Virus record (IMG/VR): IMGVR_UViG_3300046003_007892
Location: 1 to 64,000 of that record
Length of the DNA stretch: 64,000 nt
Strand: one strand, 5' to 3'
The notes below the pieces were generated by a model. The model did not search any database. It was not told where the DNA came from and was given only the letters and a program-made list of their open reading frames with translations. The first letter of the stretch is position 1, and each line of letters opens with the position of its first letter. Below, in pieces: positions 18,922-27,622 of the stretch. The position numbers were made by a program, and so were the translations under genes.

Positions 18922-19698
18922 ATGAAAACCTATGCCGATATCCTGGTCGAAAGCATCATGGGCACCACGCCCGAATACACGCCTCGCTACCGTGAGGTGC
19001 CAGTCTACGACAAAAACGGTACGCTGATCGGGTTCAACAATGTGACGCCGTTCTCGTCTCACGCCGCAGAGGTTTTGCGTCACAACGACATCGATTTCAC
19101 GAAACAGTATATGAACCAGGGTGGCACCCTGACCTATTTCAATCTTGGCCCGAACAACATCGCGACGTTCTCCCCTGACCTGGAAACCATCTCGCTGCTG
19201 ACGCGCCCGGATTCCTACCAGCCCCTGAACGAGATGGAGGCACCGGCCGATTTTGATAGCTGGTTCGGTGGCAGCGCAGCCACCGAGCCGAACGGTGCGC
19301 CGATGGTTTTCTATCACGGTGTCCCCCACGTCTACGCTGGCTTCGACCGGTTCTCCGATCATCCCATGGGCCATTTCTTCACCTCCGACCCCGACTACGC
19401 TCAGCGGTATGCGGAGAAGCCGATCAACGATGACGAAGAAGATGACACGGGTGCCATCTATCCCGTCTACCTCTCGCTCAAGAACCCGCTCGTCATTAAC
19501 CCTGAGGACAAGGACGGCGTTGGTGACTATTCCCATCACAAGCACACCGCCGAAGACATCCGGGCGGGCGGCTATGACGGGACGATGATTCGTTATGCGG
19601 ATGGTGAGGTCGAGGCCATGGTGATCGACGCGGACCAGATAGTCTCGGCCGTGTCCGCGCGCAAGCCCACCAACCCGTCTCCGATGTCGCGTGGTTGA
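18922..19698 (+). CDS. Putative virion-packaged ADP-ribosyltransferase-like protein (ART-PolyVal-like)
   Basis: MKTYADILVES N-term; VFYHG, FFTSDPDYAQRYA, YPVYLSLKNP, GYDG. Confidence 0.7.
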   Translation: MKTYADILVESIMGTTPEYTPRYREVPVYDKNGTLIGFNNVTPFSSHAAEVLRHNDIDFTKQYMNQGGTLTYFNLGPNNIATFSPDLETISLLTRPDSYQPLNEMEAPADFDSWFGGSAATEPNGAPMVFYHGVPHVYAGFDRFSDHPMGHFFTSDPDYAQRYAEKPINDDEEDDTGAIYPVYLSLKNPLVINPEDKDGVGDYSHHKHTAEDIRAGGYDGTMIRYADGEVEAMVIDADQIVSAVSARKPTNPSPMSRG

Positions 19699-19871
19699 CA
19701 GCGGACGCGACCGGTCCTAGACATAAATTCAGTTCCCCAAAAGGGAGCACCGAGTTCCTTCGCGGGAACGTTCACCGACAGTCACTGCGGGTGTTTTTCA
19801 AGGGACCGCTCGTTCTGACTGTCGGTGAATCCCTTAGGCCGGGGGCCACCGTCTTCTTTCGTCCGTGGTGA

Positions 19872-20738
19872 CTATCCCGGACCTACGCCCAGCCGCCGTG
19901 CAAGTTCGACGGTGAACTTCTTGACCGCAACGCGGTATCTCTTGGGCGCGTGTTTCTTCAGGTCTCTGAAGAAATCAGGCGTAGTGAATGGTCCCAAATA
20001 GAACCCCTTTCGCTGCGATAGACCGCAATACTGCTTCACTGAACTAGACAGAGACGGTTTACGGCTGCCCTCACTGGCGAGGTCCCATAACTGCAAGAAC
20101 TCCTCAACGCAGGAACCGATAGTGGGGTCGAACTCAATGGGCGACGTGTGGTAGTCGGGGCCAAAATCGCTGTATTTCTTTTTTCTTTTTTCCTGATCAG
20201 CATGCTGGATGATCTCCGTCTGGACCATGTGCCGAAGCTCGTGGACGAGCGTCGAGGTGATTTCGTTCAGGGCATACTCAATGTCCTGAGCATGGGTGCG
20301 ATGCGTGGGATAGTCACGGAGGAACGGCGGAGCCAGCGGATAAAGGGACAGGACTTTCTTCTCGTCCTCCCATGAGCCCCTGAGACGTTCCTGGTCGGTC
20401 CAGTAAAGCAAAAGGGTGATACCCTTAACTTGTGGCGTGCGGCTGGTGTAGGACGCCCCCATGCCATCTGTGTCCATCGGGATGCGGTAGGCGGTCACGT
20501 TGCTGGACGGTTCGAACGGACTCTTGGTGACAACAACGCCGAACTCGTCACACAGGGCCTTCAGCGTAGCTTTTTGCTCAGCCACAACATCGGCCCGGTG
20601 GCTTCGTTTTCGGAGTTGGTCGCTCGCCCACCAGAGCATATCTCGGCGGAGAAGATGGGTGATTCGCGCGAGCATTTTGGGCGGAACCTCGACCAGCCCC
20701 TCCGTCAGCCGCATGGCGTTCATCTCGTCTATCCGCAT
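19872..20738 (-). CDS. Putative packaged zincin-like metalloprotein
   Basis: TLVHELRHMVQ (HExxH); TAAATA at 20743-20748, 4 nt before ATG. Confidence 0.6.
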   Translation of the reverse strand: MRIDEMNAMRLTEGLVEVPPKMLARITHLLRRDMLWWASDQLRKRSHRADVVAEQKATLKALCDEFGVVVTKSPFEPSSNVTAYRIPMDTDGMGASYTSRTPQVKGITLLLYWTDQERLRGSWEDEKKVLSLYPLAPPFLRDYPTHRTHAQDIEYALNEITSTLVHELRHMVQTEIIQHADQEKRKKKYSDFGPDYHTSPIEFDPTIGSCVEEFLQLWDLASEGSRKPSLSSSVKQYCGLSQRKGFYLGPFTTPDFFRDLKKHAPKRYRVAVKKFTVELARRLGVGPG

Positions 20739-20965
20739 CCCATATTTAGCTGTTGCTCGGGCCCTCGCTGCCTGATATCAGGGCCGGGCAACTAGGCGAG
20801 ATTTGTCGGTTGTGCCGCGCGTCGTGCCTCATGACGCGCAGGCCGTCGCCCGCTGACACATCTCGTCTGGGTGTCTCTTGAGCAGAGGGGAGGGTAGGCG
20901 TGCCCGTCGCGCCTGCCCTCCTACTCAAATATTGAGACGCCGTGCTGACTTCAGTATTATGACTG

Positions 20966-21334
20966 ATGTCTTGGCGAACCCTCTCCCCACGTTCCTATCC
21001 CGGCTACAAGAGACCTGAGGATATTTTCGATCTCGATATGCTCATCGCGGCCAACTGCTACGAGGGCATCTGCAAGGTTCTCGCAGACCGTCTCCCCCAC
21101 GCCATCGTGACCAAAGGCACGGGCACGCTGGAGGACGTCGAGCGCATCCTTGCCGAACTCTCCTCTAACCAGGAGATGTTCAAGGGCGAGTGGAGCGCGT
21201 TCTCGTATTCGCTCGGGACCCACTACAACTACCAGACCCGCACCGTCACGGAGCGGGGGCGGTGTGTCTGGCTCGGATTTGCCGATGAGCGGGACGCCAT
21301 GCAGTATCGGCTCATGATCGCGGTGGACCAATGA
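20966..21334 (+). CDS. Small protein, FxDxxDAxxF/YxL C-terminal family
   Basis: ends GFADERDAMQYRL. Confidence 0.65.
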   Translation: MSWRTLSPRSYPGYKRPEDIFDLDMLIAANCYEGICKVLADRLPHAIVTKGTGTLEDVERILAELSSNQEMFKGEWSAFSYSLGTHYNYQTRTVTERGRCVWLGFADERDAMQYRLMIAVDQ

Positions 21335-21492
21335 TCAAGATCGGAGACATGGTGCACGTAGAGATCAACGGTTCTCTGATCTTCCCAGAACCTGTCCCGG
21401 TGCGGGAAATCTTCGAGACCGAGGTTGACATCTGGGTGTTTGTCGGCGACAGCAAGTCAGGCGTTCTGTTGGAGAACATCATAAAGGTCTGA
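21331..21492 (+). CDS. Small hypothetical protein (53 aa)
   Basis: ATGA overlap; MIKIGDMVHVEING... Confidence 0.55.
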   Translation: MIKIGDMVHVEINGSLIFPEPVPVREIFETEVDIWVFVGDSKSGVLLENIIKV

Positions 21493-21493
21493 G

Positions 21494-21736
21494 ATGCGCC
21501 GAACCGGACGCTATGTGGGAGTGGACAAGGGCGTTGTTTCGTGTCCCCACAAGGTCAACGTAGAGGACCGGCGCGACTACGACGTCTACACGAAGTTTAT
21601 CCGCGATAACTGTCGGCGGGGAAACTGGTCCAAGGTTTGCTACCGAAAGGTAGACAGAGTGGCGTTCTTTGACTGTGTCACATACCTGTTCGCCGACGAA
21701 CAAGACGCGATGACCTTCAAGCTAGCCTTTGGCTAG
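21494..21736 (+). CDS. Small protein, FxDxxDAxxFxL family
   Basis: ends FADEQDAMTFKLAFG. Confidence 0.65.
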   Translation: MRRTGRYVGVDKGVVSCPHKVNVEDRRDYDVYTKFIRDNCRRGNWSKVCYRKVDRVAFFDCVTYLFADEQDAMTFKLAFG

Positions 21737-22480
21737 TAGCTCGGCCGCCGTATCGCGAATGGATTGCGCCACCGGGTCGTTCGCCATGGCGAAGTGCTCG
21801 ACCATGTGTTCGAGTTCGAACTTGTTGAAGCCGCCGCGCTTGCTCAGACCGGCTTCCCAGTCTGCCGTCGCCTTGGCCTTCATGCGGGCCTCGCGGGCGT
21901 CGCTGATCTCGCGGTAGGTGGGCTGACGGGCACCCCAGGCCTCCATGGCGCGCGGCAGACGGTTGAGCATCTCCCACTCGTCCACGCCTTCGGCCTTCAG
22001 CCATGCGCGGGCCCGGCGTTGAACGACGAGGTGTTCGTAGCCGAACTTACCGCGAAGCATCGGGTGATCGACGGGCTCTTCCCACACCATGGTGCCGTCT
22101 TCGAGCGTCTTGTAGCCAGTCTCGAAGCGGGGATAGAAATCGATGGCGTTGCCGCCGCCGTTGAACAGAACCGTACCGAGGGCTTCCTTGCCCCGAGCCC
22201 GGAACGCCTTGATGGCAAGCTCGTCGCTGCCTTCACCGAAGAGCTTGACGATCTCTGCGCGGATTTCCTCGCTCTGCATGTCGGCCAGGAGGACGCGTCC
22301 GTGCTTGAAGGTCTTGATCGCCGACATGCTCGACGACCGCGAACCCGTCCACGCATTCAGGCCCTGGCCCAGATACAGGATGTTCTCGGGCGAGCGCATG
22401 AGGACGCGCACCTTATGGGCATAGCCGATGCCGGAGACGATCTTGTCGCCGTGCTCAGTCCTGACGAATTCAACGGTCAT
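21722..22480 (-). CDS. Hypothetical protein
   Basis: Coupled operon 23315-21722. Confidence 0.7.
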   Translation of the reverse strand: MTVEFVRTEHGDKIVSGIGYAHKVRVLMRSPENILYLGQGLNAWTGSRSSSMSAIKTFKHGRVLLADMQSEEIRAEIVKLFGEGSDELAIKAFRARGKEALGTVLFNGGGNAIDFYPRFETGYKTLEDGTMVWEEPVDHPMLRGKFGYEHLVVQRRARAWLKAEGVDEWEMLNRLPRAMEAWGARQPTYREISDAREARMKAKATADWEAGLSKRGGFNKFELEHMVEHFAMANDPVAQSIRDTAAELLAKG

Positions 22481-23055
22481 AGCGACATCGACCCCGATTG
22501 ATCGATCATCGGCATCGTGGGCACCAGACCGGGCCCGCGACGCGCGAGGTCGGCGGCGGCCCGATGGCGAGCCGTGCTGCGCTCCCGCACACCCATCCAG
22601 AAATCGAACATGAGACGGTTGCGATATTCTTCGATGGCCATGATGGCGGGGTTGGTCTTGCGCTCGTTACCCCTCACCTTGAGGGCCGTGGCGGTCGATT
22701 CGAGTTTGGCCGTCTCGACGCCGATCAGGATGGAGATCGCCTGAAGGTTCTCCAGCGTGGCGCGCGGCAGCCCGGCGCCGAACGGCGAGGCCTCGACATC
22801 CGCCAGTCGTTTACCCTGACGGGCGAACTCGTGGTAGAGCGAGGAGAAGTAGTCGCCCGCCCACGCGGCGTGACGGTTGATGGTTTCGATACGGAGGACG
22901 AACTCGCGGTTGGCGCGCTTCCACGCCTCGAAGGTATCCGTGGGCCAGCCGACATTGATCGACCGATCATCGCTGATGCCCTCCATGAGGGCCATCAGTT
23001 GTGCGGTGCGGTTGTCCTCTTCGGACAGCCAGTCAGCGTAATCGATGTCGGTCAT
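22477..23055 (-). CDS. Hypothetical protein
   Basis: ATGA coupling. Confidence 0.7.
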   Translation of the reverse strand: MTDIDYADWLSEEDNRTAQLMALMEGISDDRSINVGWPTDTFEAWKRANREFVLRIETINRHAAWAGDYFSSLYHEFARQGKRLADVEASPFGAGLPRATLENLQAISILIGVETAKLESTATALKVRGNERKTNPAIMAIEEYRNRLMFDFWMGVRERSTARHRAAADLARRGPGLVPTMPMIDQSGSMSL

Positions 23056-23315
23056 CCGATCAGTCCCGTGTTGTAAGCGCGGCGAGCGTGGAAGTAGACG
23101 GTCTCGCGCTCGGCGTGGTTGTCGATTTCAGTGAAGGTCGGGTTCGAGCCGACCGACATCCGCTTGGCTTCGCCGAGGTCTTCCTTGGCGTCCACGCGAA
23201 CGAACCATTGGTTCTTCGTCTGCCCGCGTTCGAGTTCACGAATGACCAGACCGGACTTCGTCCGTTTGGCGATGAAGCGGTTGCCCGCGATCTCACTGAA
23301 GCTGCGCTCGGTCAT
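23052..23315 (-). CDS. Hypothetical protein
   Basis: ATGA coupling. Confidence 0.65.
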   Translation of the reverse strand: MTERSFSEIAGNRFIAKRTKSGLVIRELERGQTKNQWFVRVDAKEDLGEAKRMSVGSNPTFTEIDNHAERETVYFHARRAYNTGLIG

Positions 23316-23497
23316 TTTTCTTGCCCATCATCGGAAGCGATATCCCAACCCTGTTGGGACGGGCGACCCGACTGCGGCACGTCAGACGAGCGGGCAAGAC
23401 GGCCCATCATCTTACCACGAGGCGCGTCCTCATAACGCTCCACGCGGCGAGCCTTTCGGCGTTGTTCGGTACGGGTTTTCGACTTGGACATTCGTAT

Positions 23498-23569
23498 AGC
23501 ATAAACGACAGGATTGACTTGTCAAGTAAATAATCGAGTTTGACAAAACCATAATCGTCGGGATAGGTT
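23498..23569. promoter_or_regulatory. Divergent sigma70-like promoters
   Basis: Minus TTGACA(23520-25)-N16-TATGCT; plus TTGACA(23540-45)..TAGGTT 5 nt before ATG 23575. Confidence 0.55.
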
Positions 23570-23574
23570 GCGGC

Positions 23575-24255
23575 ATGTCCGATGCCAAAGCCCGCACACG
23601 TCTCCGCAAGCTCCGTGATGAGGTTGCCGCCCTGGTTGGGTCAGGGGGCCAGACCGACCCCGCGCCGCTGTACGCGGACCTCCGGGCCATCATGGGCGGC
23701 GGGCGCGCGCATCGCGACGACACCACTGGCTTCGACGAACCCTTGATTCGGGTTCTGGGCTGGAACATCAAGCGGCATATGTTCGACAATTTCCGCATCC
23801 TTCACGACTGCAAGAAACCTGATCGGGCACAGTTCCTCGAACTCGATGACGGCGGCAATAGCGGCGTCATGACTGTGCTCTGGATGGAGGAGACCCTTTT
23901 CCCGGACTGGCTCAATGAGAGTGCCACGTCATGGAAGACCGAGTGTTCGATTGATGCGAGGTTGCTGTCGGGCGAGGAAGTCTACCTCCTTCGCCTCATG
24001 GCTGAGAAGATTTGGTCCCGGAACATGGCGAGCGATGGCTGGGCGTCTTGTCATCTGCGGACCAACATCGATCAGTGCCGCCACGTCAGTGTCCAGCCCC
24101 GCATCTACGTCGAGGACCGACCCAACTACGCTGCGCTGGCGGCGAAGCAAAACGCCTATGCGCTCACCATCGCAGACGTATTCCGCAAGGAAGTCCCGCA
24201 TCTGGTCGCCTCGGCACCGCGCATCATGGCGATCTTCGACAAACTCAAATACTGA
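23575..24255 (+). CDS. Hypothetical protein
   Basis: 226-aa ORF after promoter. Confidence 0.7.
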   Translation: MSDAKARTRLRKLRDEVAALVGSGGQTDPAPLYADLRAIMGGGRAHRDDTTGFDEPLIRVLGWNIKRHMFDNFRILHDCKKPDRAQFLELDDGGNSGVMTVLWMEETLFPDWLNESATSWKTECSIDARLLSGEEVYLLRLMAEKIWSRNMASDGWASCHLRTNIDQCRHVSVQPRIYVEDRPNYAALAAKQNAYALTIADVFRKEVPHLVASAPRIMAIFDKLKY

Positions 24256-24396
24256 CACGGGCTCGCGGGCCTGTTAGGTTCGATGAGGTTGCCGCGAACC
24301 TGAATCGCGGCGTAGAGGAGGTAGCTGGGCGAGGCCTTGCTATGTCCAATGAGCGGGGCGGCTCGGCCGGGCTGCCCCACTCGACCTAAATATGAG

Positions 24397-24825
24397 ATGC
24401 GAAATCTCATCCTCCTGGTTGAATACTACGAGGCGTCCATGACGCCAGAACAACTTGAGGCCCAAGCGCGAGGCTACGAGGGCGCCATTCAGAACGAACG
24501 CGCTTCCGATTTCGACTGGAAATTTGTTCCAGACTTCCCGCTTGAGAAAGTGCAGTTCCAACCCGGCGACGGTGGGACGACCCCGGAAGGATGGGCGGAC
24601 TTTCTCCGCGACGAAATCAAGATGTGGGACGAAGAAGAAGGTCAACCAGATCGCTTCAACGATCTCCTTGAAGAGCCCATCCGGGAAGCAATCATCGTCC
24701 ATCTCGGTGAGGACGGCATGGGCTATTTGTGGGACGGCTGCCACCGCACAGGGGCAACCGCGACGAAGGGGCTGCCGACCATTGCTGCCATCGTCGGCAC
24801 CCGCAAATCCGATTTCTGGACCTAG
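24397..24825 (+). CDS. ParB/sulfiredoxin-like domain protein, putatively packaged
   Basis: MRNLILLVE; AIIV...YLWDGCHR...TIAAIV; TAAATA 24387-24392. Confidence 0.6.
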   Translation: MRNLILLVEYYEASMTPEQLEAQARGYEGAIQNERASDFDWKFVPDFPLEKVQFQPGDGGTTPEGWADFLRDEIKMWDEEEGQPDRFNDLLEEPIREAIIVHLGEDGMGYLWDGCHRTGATATKGLPTIAAIVGTRKSDFWT

Positions 24826-25175
24826 AAACCCTCGCCCTCTATGGCGAAGATGAACTCACCGTGGCGGAGCCAGAAAGCGAACGCGGCGGCCCGGTCTGCA
24901 AAACCAGAGCACCGATAGACGTTACTTCCAATGGCCTCCAGGAGACCGTAGCTTTCGAAGATTTTCGGGTGCGCGACCATTCGGTAGTAGCACGTCGGGT
25001 GTGCCTCTTGGAAACCGTTCTCCGAACCAATGCGGCTGTCTCCGCCCCGCAGACACCAAACGTCAAACTCGCCCACCTTGCGAGCGGCCACGAAGGCGTC
25101 ATACCGTTCATAGAGGGCATCGCGGTCCCGACCGTCCGAATTGACGCCGAAGAGATCGTCACTAAAGCGGCTCAT
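24822..25175 (-). CDS. Small protein, FxDxxAxxF family
   Basis: GFADRAAAFAFWL. Confidence 0.6.
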   Translation of the reverse strand: MSRFSDDLFGVNSDGRDRDALYERYDAFVAARKVGEFDVWCLRGGDSRIGSENGFQEAHPTCYYRMVAHPKIFESYGLLEAIGSNVYRCSGFADRAAAFAFWLRHGEFIFAIEGEGF

Positions 25176-25177
25176 GG

Positions 25178-25372
25178 TCAGAGTTCGGGATAGTCGTCGC
25201 TGGCCCGCAGCCCCTTGGCGACTAACGGGACCAGGGAACGTTTCAACCCGCTGGCTCGCCGCGTGCTGGCCAGTTCCTCGCCAACCGCACGAATGAGGGC
25301 CTCGTGGATGATGCGCTGGGCCTCCGCCAAACTAGCGTTGACGCGAGCCATGTCCGTCTTGGGCTGGCTCAC
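25178..25372 (-). CDS. Small hypothetical protein
   Basis: GGAGG SD, GTGA overlap. Confidence 0.55.
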   Translation of the reverse strand: MSQPKTDMARVNASLAEAQRIIHEALIRAVGEELASTRRASGLKRSLVPLVAKGLRASDDYPEL

Positions 25373-25872
25373 AGTCCAGCCTCCTCGGGCGTGGTGTGGT
25401 TGTAGATCACGACGCCGACCGGGGTCAGGGTATAGAGCTTGCGGTTCGGTTTGCCGGACGACCAGCGCAGCAGCCCCTTGTCGATCAGGGCTTTGATGGT
25501 GCGGGCATCGGTGCGGGATTCCCTCGACGATTGGGCACTGCCGTGGAACCGGATGATCGCGCGCAGCATAGGCTTGGTGCACTCCGCCTTCACGATGGGG
25601 ACCAGCTTGGCTTCGGCTTCCGCGACGATGGCGTCTCGGTCGCGGGCACCCCAGGCCGCGTCCCGGAAGAGGGTGTATTCTTCGATGGCGTTGAACATCC
25701 GCTGCTGAGCAGAGACGAGGGCTTCCATGGATACCGGCGCGAACCTGCTTTCGTCGGCGAACAGGGCTTGGGCTTGGGCCATCCCGGCGTTCATGACGTC
25801 CTGGGGAATGCGCGCCAGACGGGCCGCGTTGTCGGCTTCGATGCGGTCGAAAATTTTCTTGGTATCGGTCAT
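25369..25872 (-). CDS. Hypothetical protein with C-terminal winged-helix-like segment
   Basis: TIKALIDKGLLRW...YTLTPVG. Confidence 0.6.
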   Translation of the reverse strand: MTDTKKIFDRIEADNAARLARIPQDVMNAGMAQAQALFADESRFAPVSMEALVSAQQRMFNAIEEYTLFRDAAWGARDRDAIVAEAEAKLVPIVKAECTKPMLRAIIRFHGSAQSSRESRTDARTIKALIDKGLLRWSSGKPNRKLYTLTPVGVVIYNHTTPEEAGL

Positions 25873-25931
25873 GTGTTTCTCCTCTGGAGCCAACATATAA
25901 GTCGCTCTTAAATTATGTCAAGTAAATTCTA

Positions 25932-26357
25932 CTATCGGAGGCCGAGAGCCTTCATGAGGGTCAGGACGGCTTCCCCCCGCACGGTGTCGGGGTCATCCTT
26001 GGGGTCCGCGTAGGGGGACAGGACCAACAGGGCTTGCTCGATGTCCATCGACCGCTTGGGGTTGGACAGAACCGAGTTGCAGACGGCGGCCAGGACGGCA
26101 CTGCGGGCGGAATCGACGAGGTTCGAAGCGATCATGGCCGTGCCGATTTCTCGACTGAACTTCGGGTCCTTCATGGAATCGTAAGCCTCGCCCGCCATGC
26201 GCTGCAAGGCACCCAGCGAAGGAACGTCCGGGACGTCTTCGAAGTATCCGTCCTCGTCGGAGGCCTTACAAATCCTGGCCAGATCGGGCAGGATTTCGAT
26301 CAGCGAGACCGAAAGGGAAACCGAAACAGGGATGCGATTCTTGGACATGTCGGACAT
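25932..26357 (-). CDS. Hypothetical protein
   Basis: AGGAG SD before ATG 26357. Confidence 0.65.
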   Translation of the reverse strand: MSDMSKNRIPVSVSLSVSLIEILPDLARICKASDEDGYFEDVPDVPSLGALQRMAGEAYDSMKDPKFSREIGTAMIASNLVDSARSAVLAAVCNSVLSNPKRSMDIEQALLVLSPYADPKDDPDTVRGEAVLTLMKALGLR

Positions 26358-26411
26358 TGAGTTCTCCTTCAAACCCAAAATAGGGCAAAGGGGGAACTTG
26401 TCAAGCAAATA

Positions 26412-26606
26412 TCACCAGAGCAGCATGAGCTTGAGTGCCTGTGCTGCCGTCACATCTTTGACTGTCCAGTAATCTGCGACTCCGGGCCATATGATCAGGG
26501 TGTCGTCAAACGGTATGTCGAGATGGTGAAACAGTTTACGGATGACGGAAAGCTCTCCGTATAGGTCCATGACCGTTATGCCGTCCGAGTCAAGCTTGAT
26601 ATCCAT
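26412..26606 (-). CDS. Small hypothetical protein
   Basis: TTGAAA-N17-TATACT promoter (26613-26641) 6 nt before ATG. Confidence 0.55.
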   Translation of the reverse strand: MDIKLDSDGITVMDLYGELSVIRKLFHHLDIPFDDTLIIWPGVADYWTVKDVTAAQALKLMLLW

Positions 26607-26643
26607 CTTGACAGTATAGACTATCGAGAGATGAATTTCAAAA

Positions 26644-26719
26644 TGGCGTCCCGAGCAGGGCTCGAACCTGCGACCTCATCCTTCGGAGGGATGTGCTCTT
26701 CCAACTGAGCTACCGGGAC
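26644..26719 (-). tRNA. tRNA-Arg(CCG)
   Basis: Cloverleaf, loop CTCCGAA, CCA encoded. Confidence 0.92.
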
Positions 26720-26743
26720 TTGAGGCGTCACCCTCGAAAAGAA

Positions 26744-26819
26744 TGGATGGGGCGGTAGGGGTCGAACCCACAACCGACGCATTCAAAGTGCGTTGCTCTA
26801 CCAGTTAAGCTACGCCCCA
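26744..26819 (-). tRNA. tRNA-Gln(TTG)
   Basis: loop CTTTGAA, U1-A72, CCA encoded. Confidence 0.92.
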
Positions 26820-26843
26820 CCAGGGGTGGTCCTGAGCACTTTG

Positions 26844-26916
26844 CTGGGGAGATAGGTCTCGAACCTATAACCGCCCGATTCAGAGTCGGGTGCTCCACCA
26901 GTTAAGCTACTCCCCA
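26844..26916 (-). tRNA. tRNA-Gln(CTG), no encoded CCA
   Basis: loop CTCTGAA, U1-A72; 17-bp flanking inverted repeat. Confidence 0.9.
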
Positions 26917-26937
26917 GCAAAATGCTCAGGACCGAAA

Positions 26938-27012
26938 TGGCGATCACGACGGGTTTCGAACCCGTGGCCTGCGCATCGACAGTGCGCTGCTCTACCCCTG
27001 AGCTACGTGACC
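26938..27012 (-). tRNA. tRNA-Asp(GTC)
   Basis: loop CTGTCGA, CCA encoded. Confidence 0.9.
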
Positions 27013-27013
27013 G

Positions 27014-27089
27014 TGGCGACCTTGACGAGGTTCGAACTCGCGACATTCGGATAGACAATCCGACGCTCTACCAGTTGAGCTACAAGGCC
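27014..27089 (-). tRNA. tRNA-Asp(GTC)
   Basis: loop TTGTCTA (U37), CCA encoded. Confidence 0.88.
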
Positions 27090-27116
27090 GTCGTAGATGA
27101 AGAACAATGTCCTTTG

Positions 27117-27190
27117 CTGGGATGGAGGGATTCGAACCCCCGACCCTCGGTTTCGTAGACCGATGCTCTAATCCGCTGAGCTACACCCCA
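27117..27190 (-). tRNA. tRNA-Arg(ACG), no encoded CCA
   Basis: loop CTACGAA; 12-bp flanking inverted repeat. Confidence 0.9.
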
Positions 27191-27215
27191 GCAAAGGACA
27201 TTCCTCTTTTAGTAA

Positions 27216-27291
27216 TGGCGTAGCTAGGAGGGCTCGAACCTCCAACCTTCAGATTCGTAATCTGATGCTCTTCCAGTTGAGCTATAGCTAC
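27216..27291 (-). tRNA. tRNA-Arg(ACG)
   Basis: loop TTACGAA, CCA encoded. Confidence 0.92.
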
Positions 27292-27406
27292 ATTGTTCCT
27301 TTCGTGAACAAAACTTGTGATGGTTGCCGGGAGGTCGGTGCCCAGATTGGCACTACACCGACTTCCCGACTGTTCTGCCCGGTGCCGCTGCGCAGCGACT
27401 TTGGGC

Positions 27407-27442
27407 AAAGAAAAACCCGCCCCGGCCTGAGCCGAAGCGGGT
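27407..27442 (-). terminator. Intrinsic terminator (attenuator) upstream of tRNA array 1
   Basis: ACCCGC-TTCGGC-TCAG-GCCGGG-GCGGGT followed by TTTTCTTT. Confidence 0.8.
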
Positions 27443-27479
27443 GTTTCTAATCCTGTAGACCTAGACCGAGGATTTGGCC

Positions 27480-27587
27480 TTAGCAGCCGCCTCCTTGATC
27501 ACCATTGTCCACACGACGAGAAACCCCGCAACCGCGTTGGCGGTCCCGTTGCTGTCGATCTCGGCGTTGGTTGATGGTGTAGGTCAT
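27480..27587 (-). CDS. Leader peptide of tRNA array 1 (35 aa, MTYTINQRRDRQQRDRQRGCGVSRRVDNGDQGGGC)
   Basis: 8 nt after TATAAATA; 12 consecutive Gln/Arg/Asp codons matching array tRNAs; antiterminator pairing. Confidence 0.8.
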   Translation of the reverse strand: MTYTINQRRDRQQRDRQRGCGVSRRVDNGDQGGGC

Positions 27588-27595
27588 GATGTAAC

Positions 27596-27603
27596 TATTT
27601 ATA
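27596..27603 (-). promoter_or_regulatory. Late promoter TATAAATA (full T4 consensus)
   Basis: Exact match, drives leader 1. Confidence 0.7.
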
Positions 27604-27622
27604 CAGATGGTTCGAAAAGACG

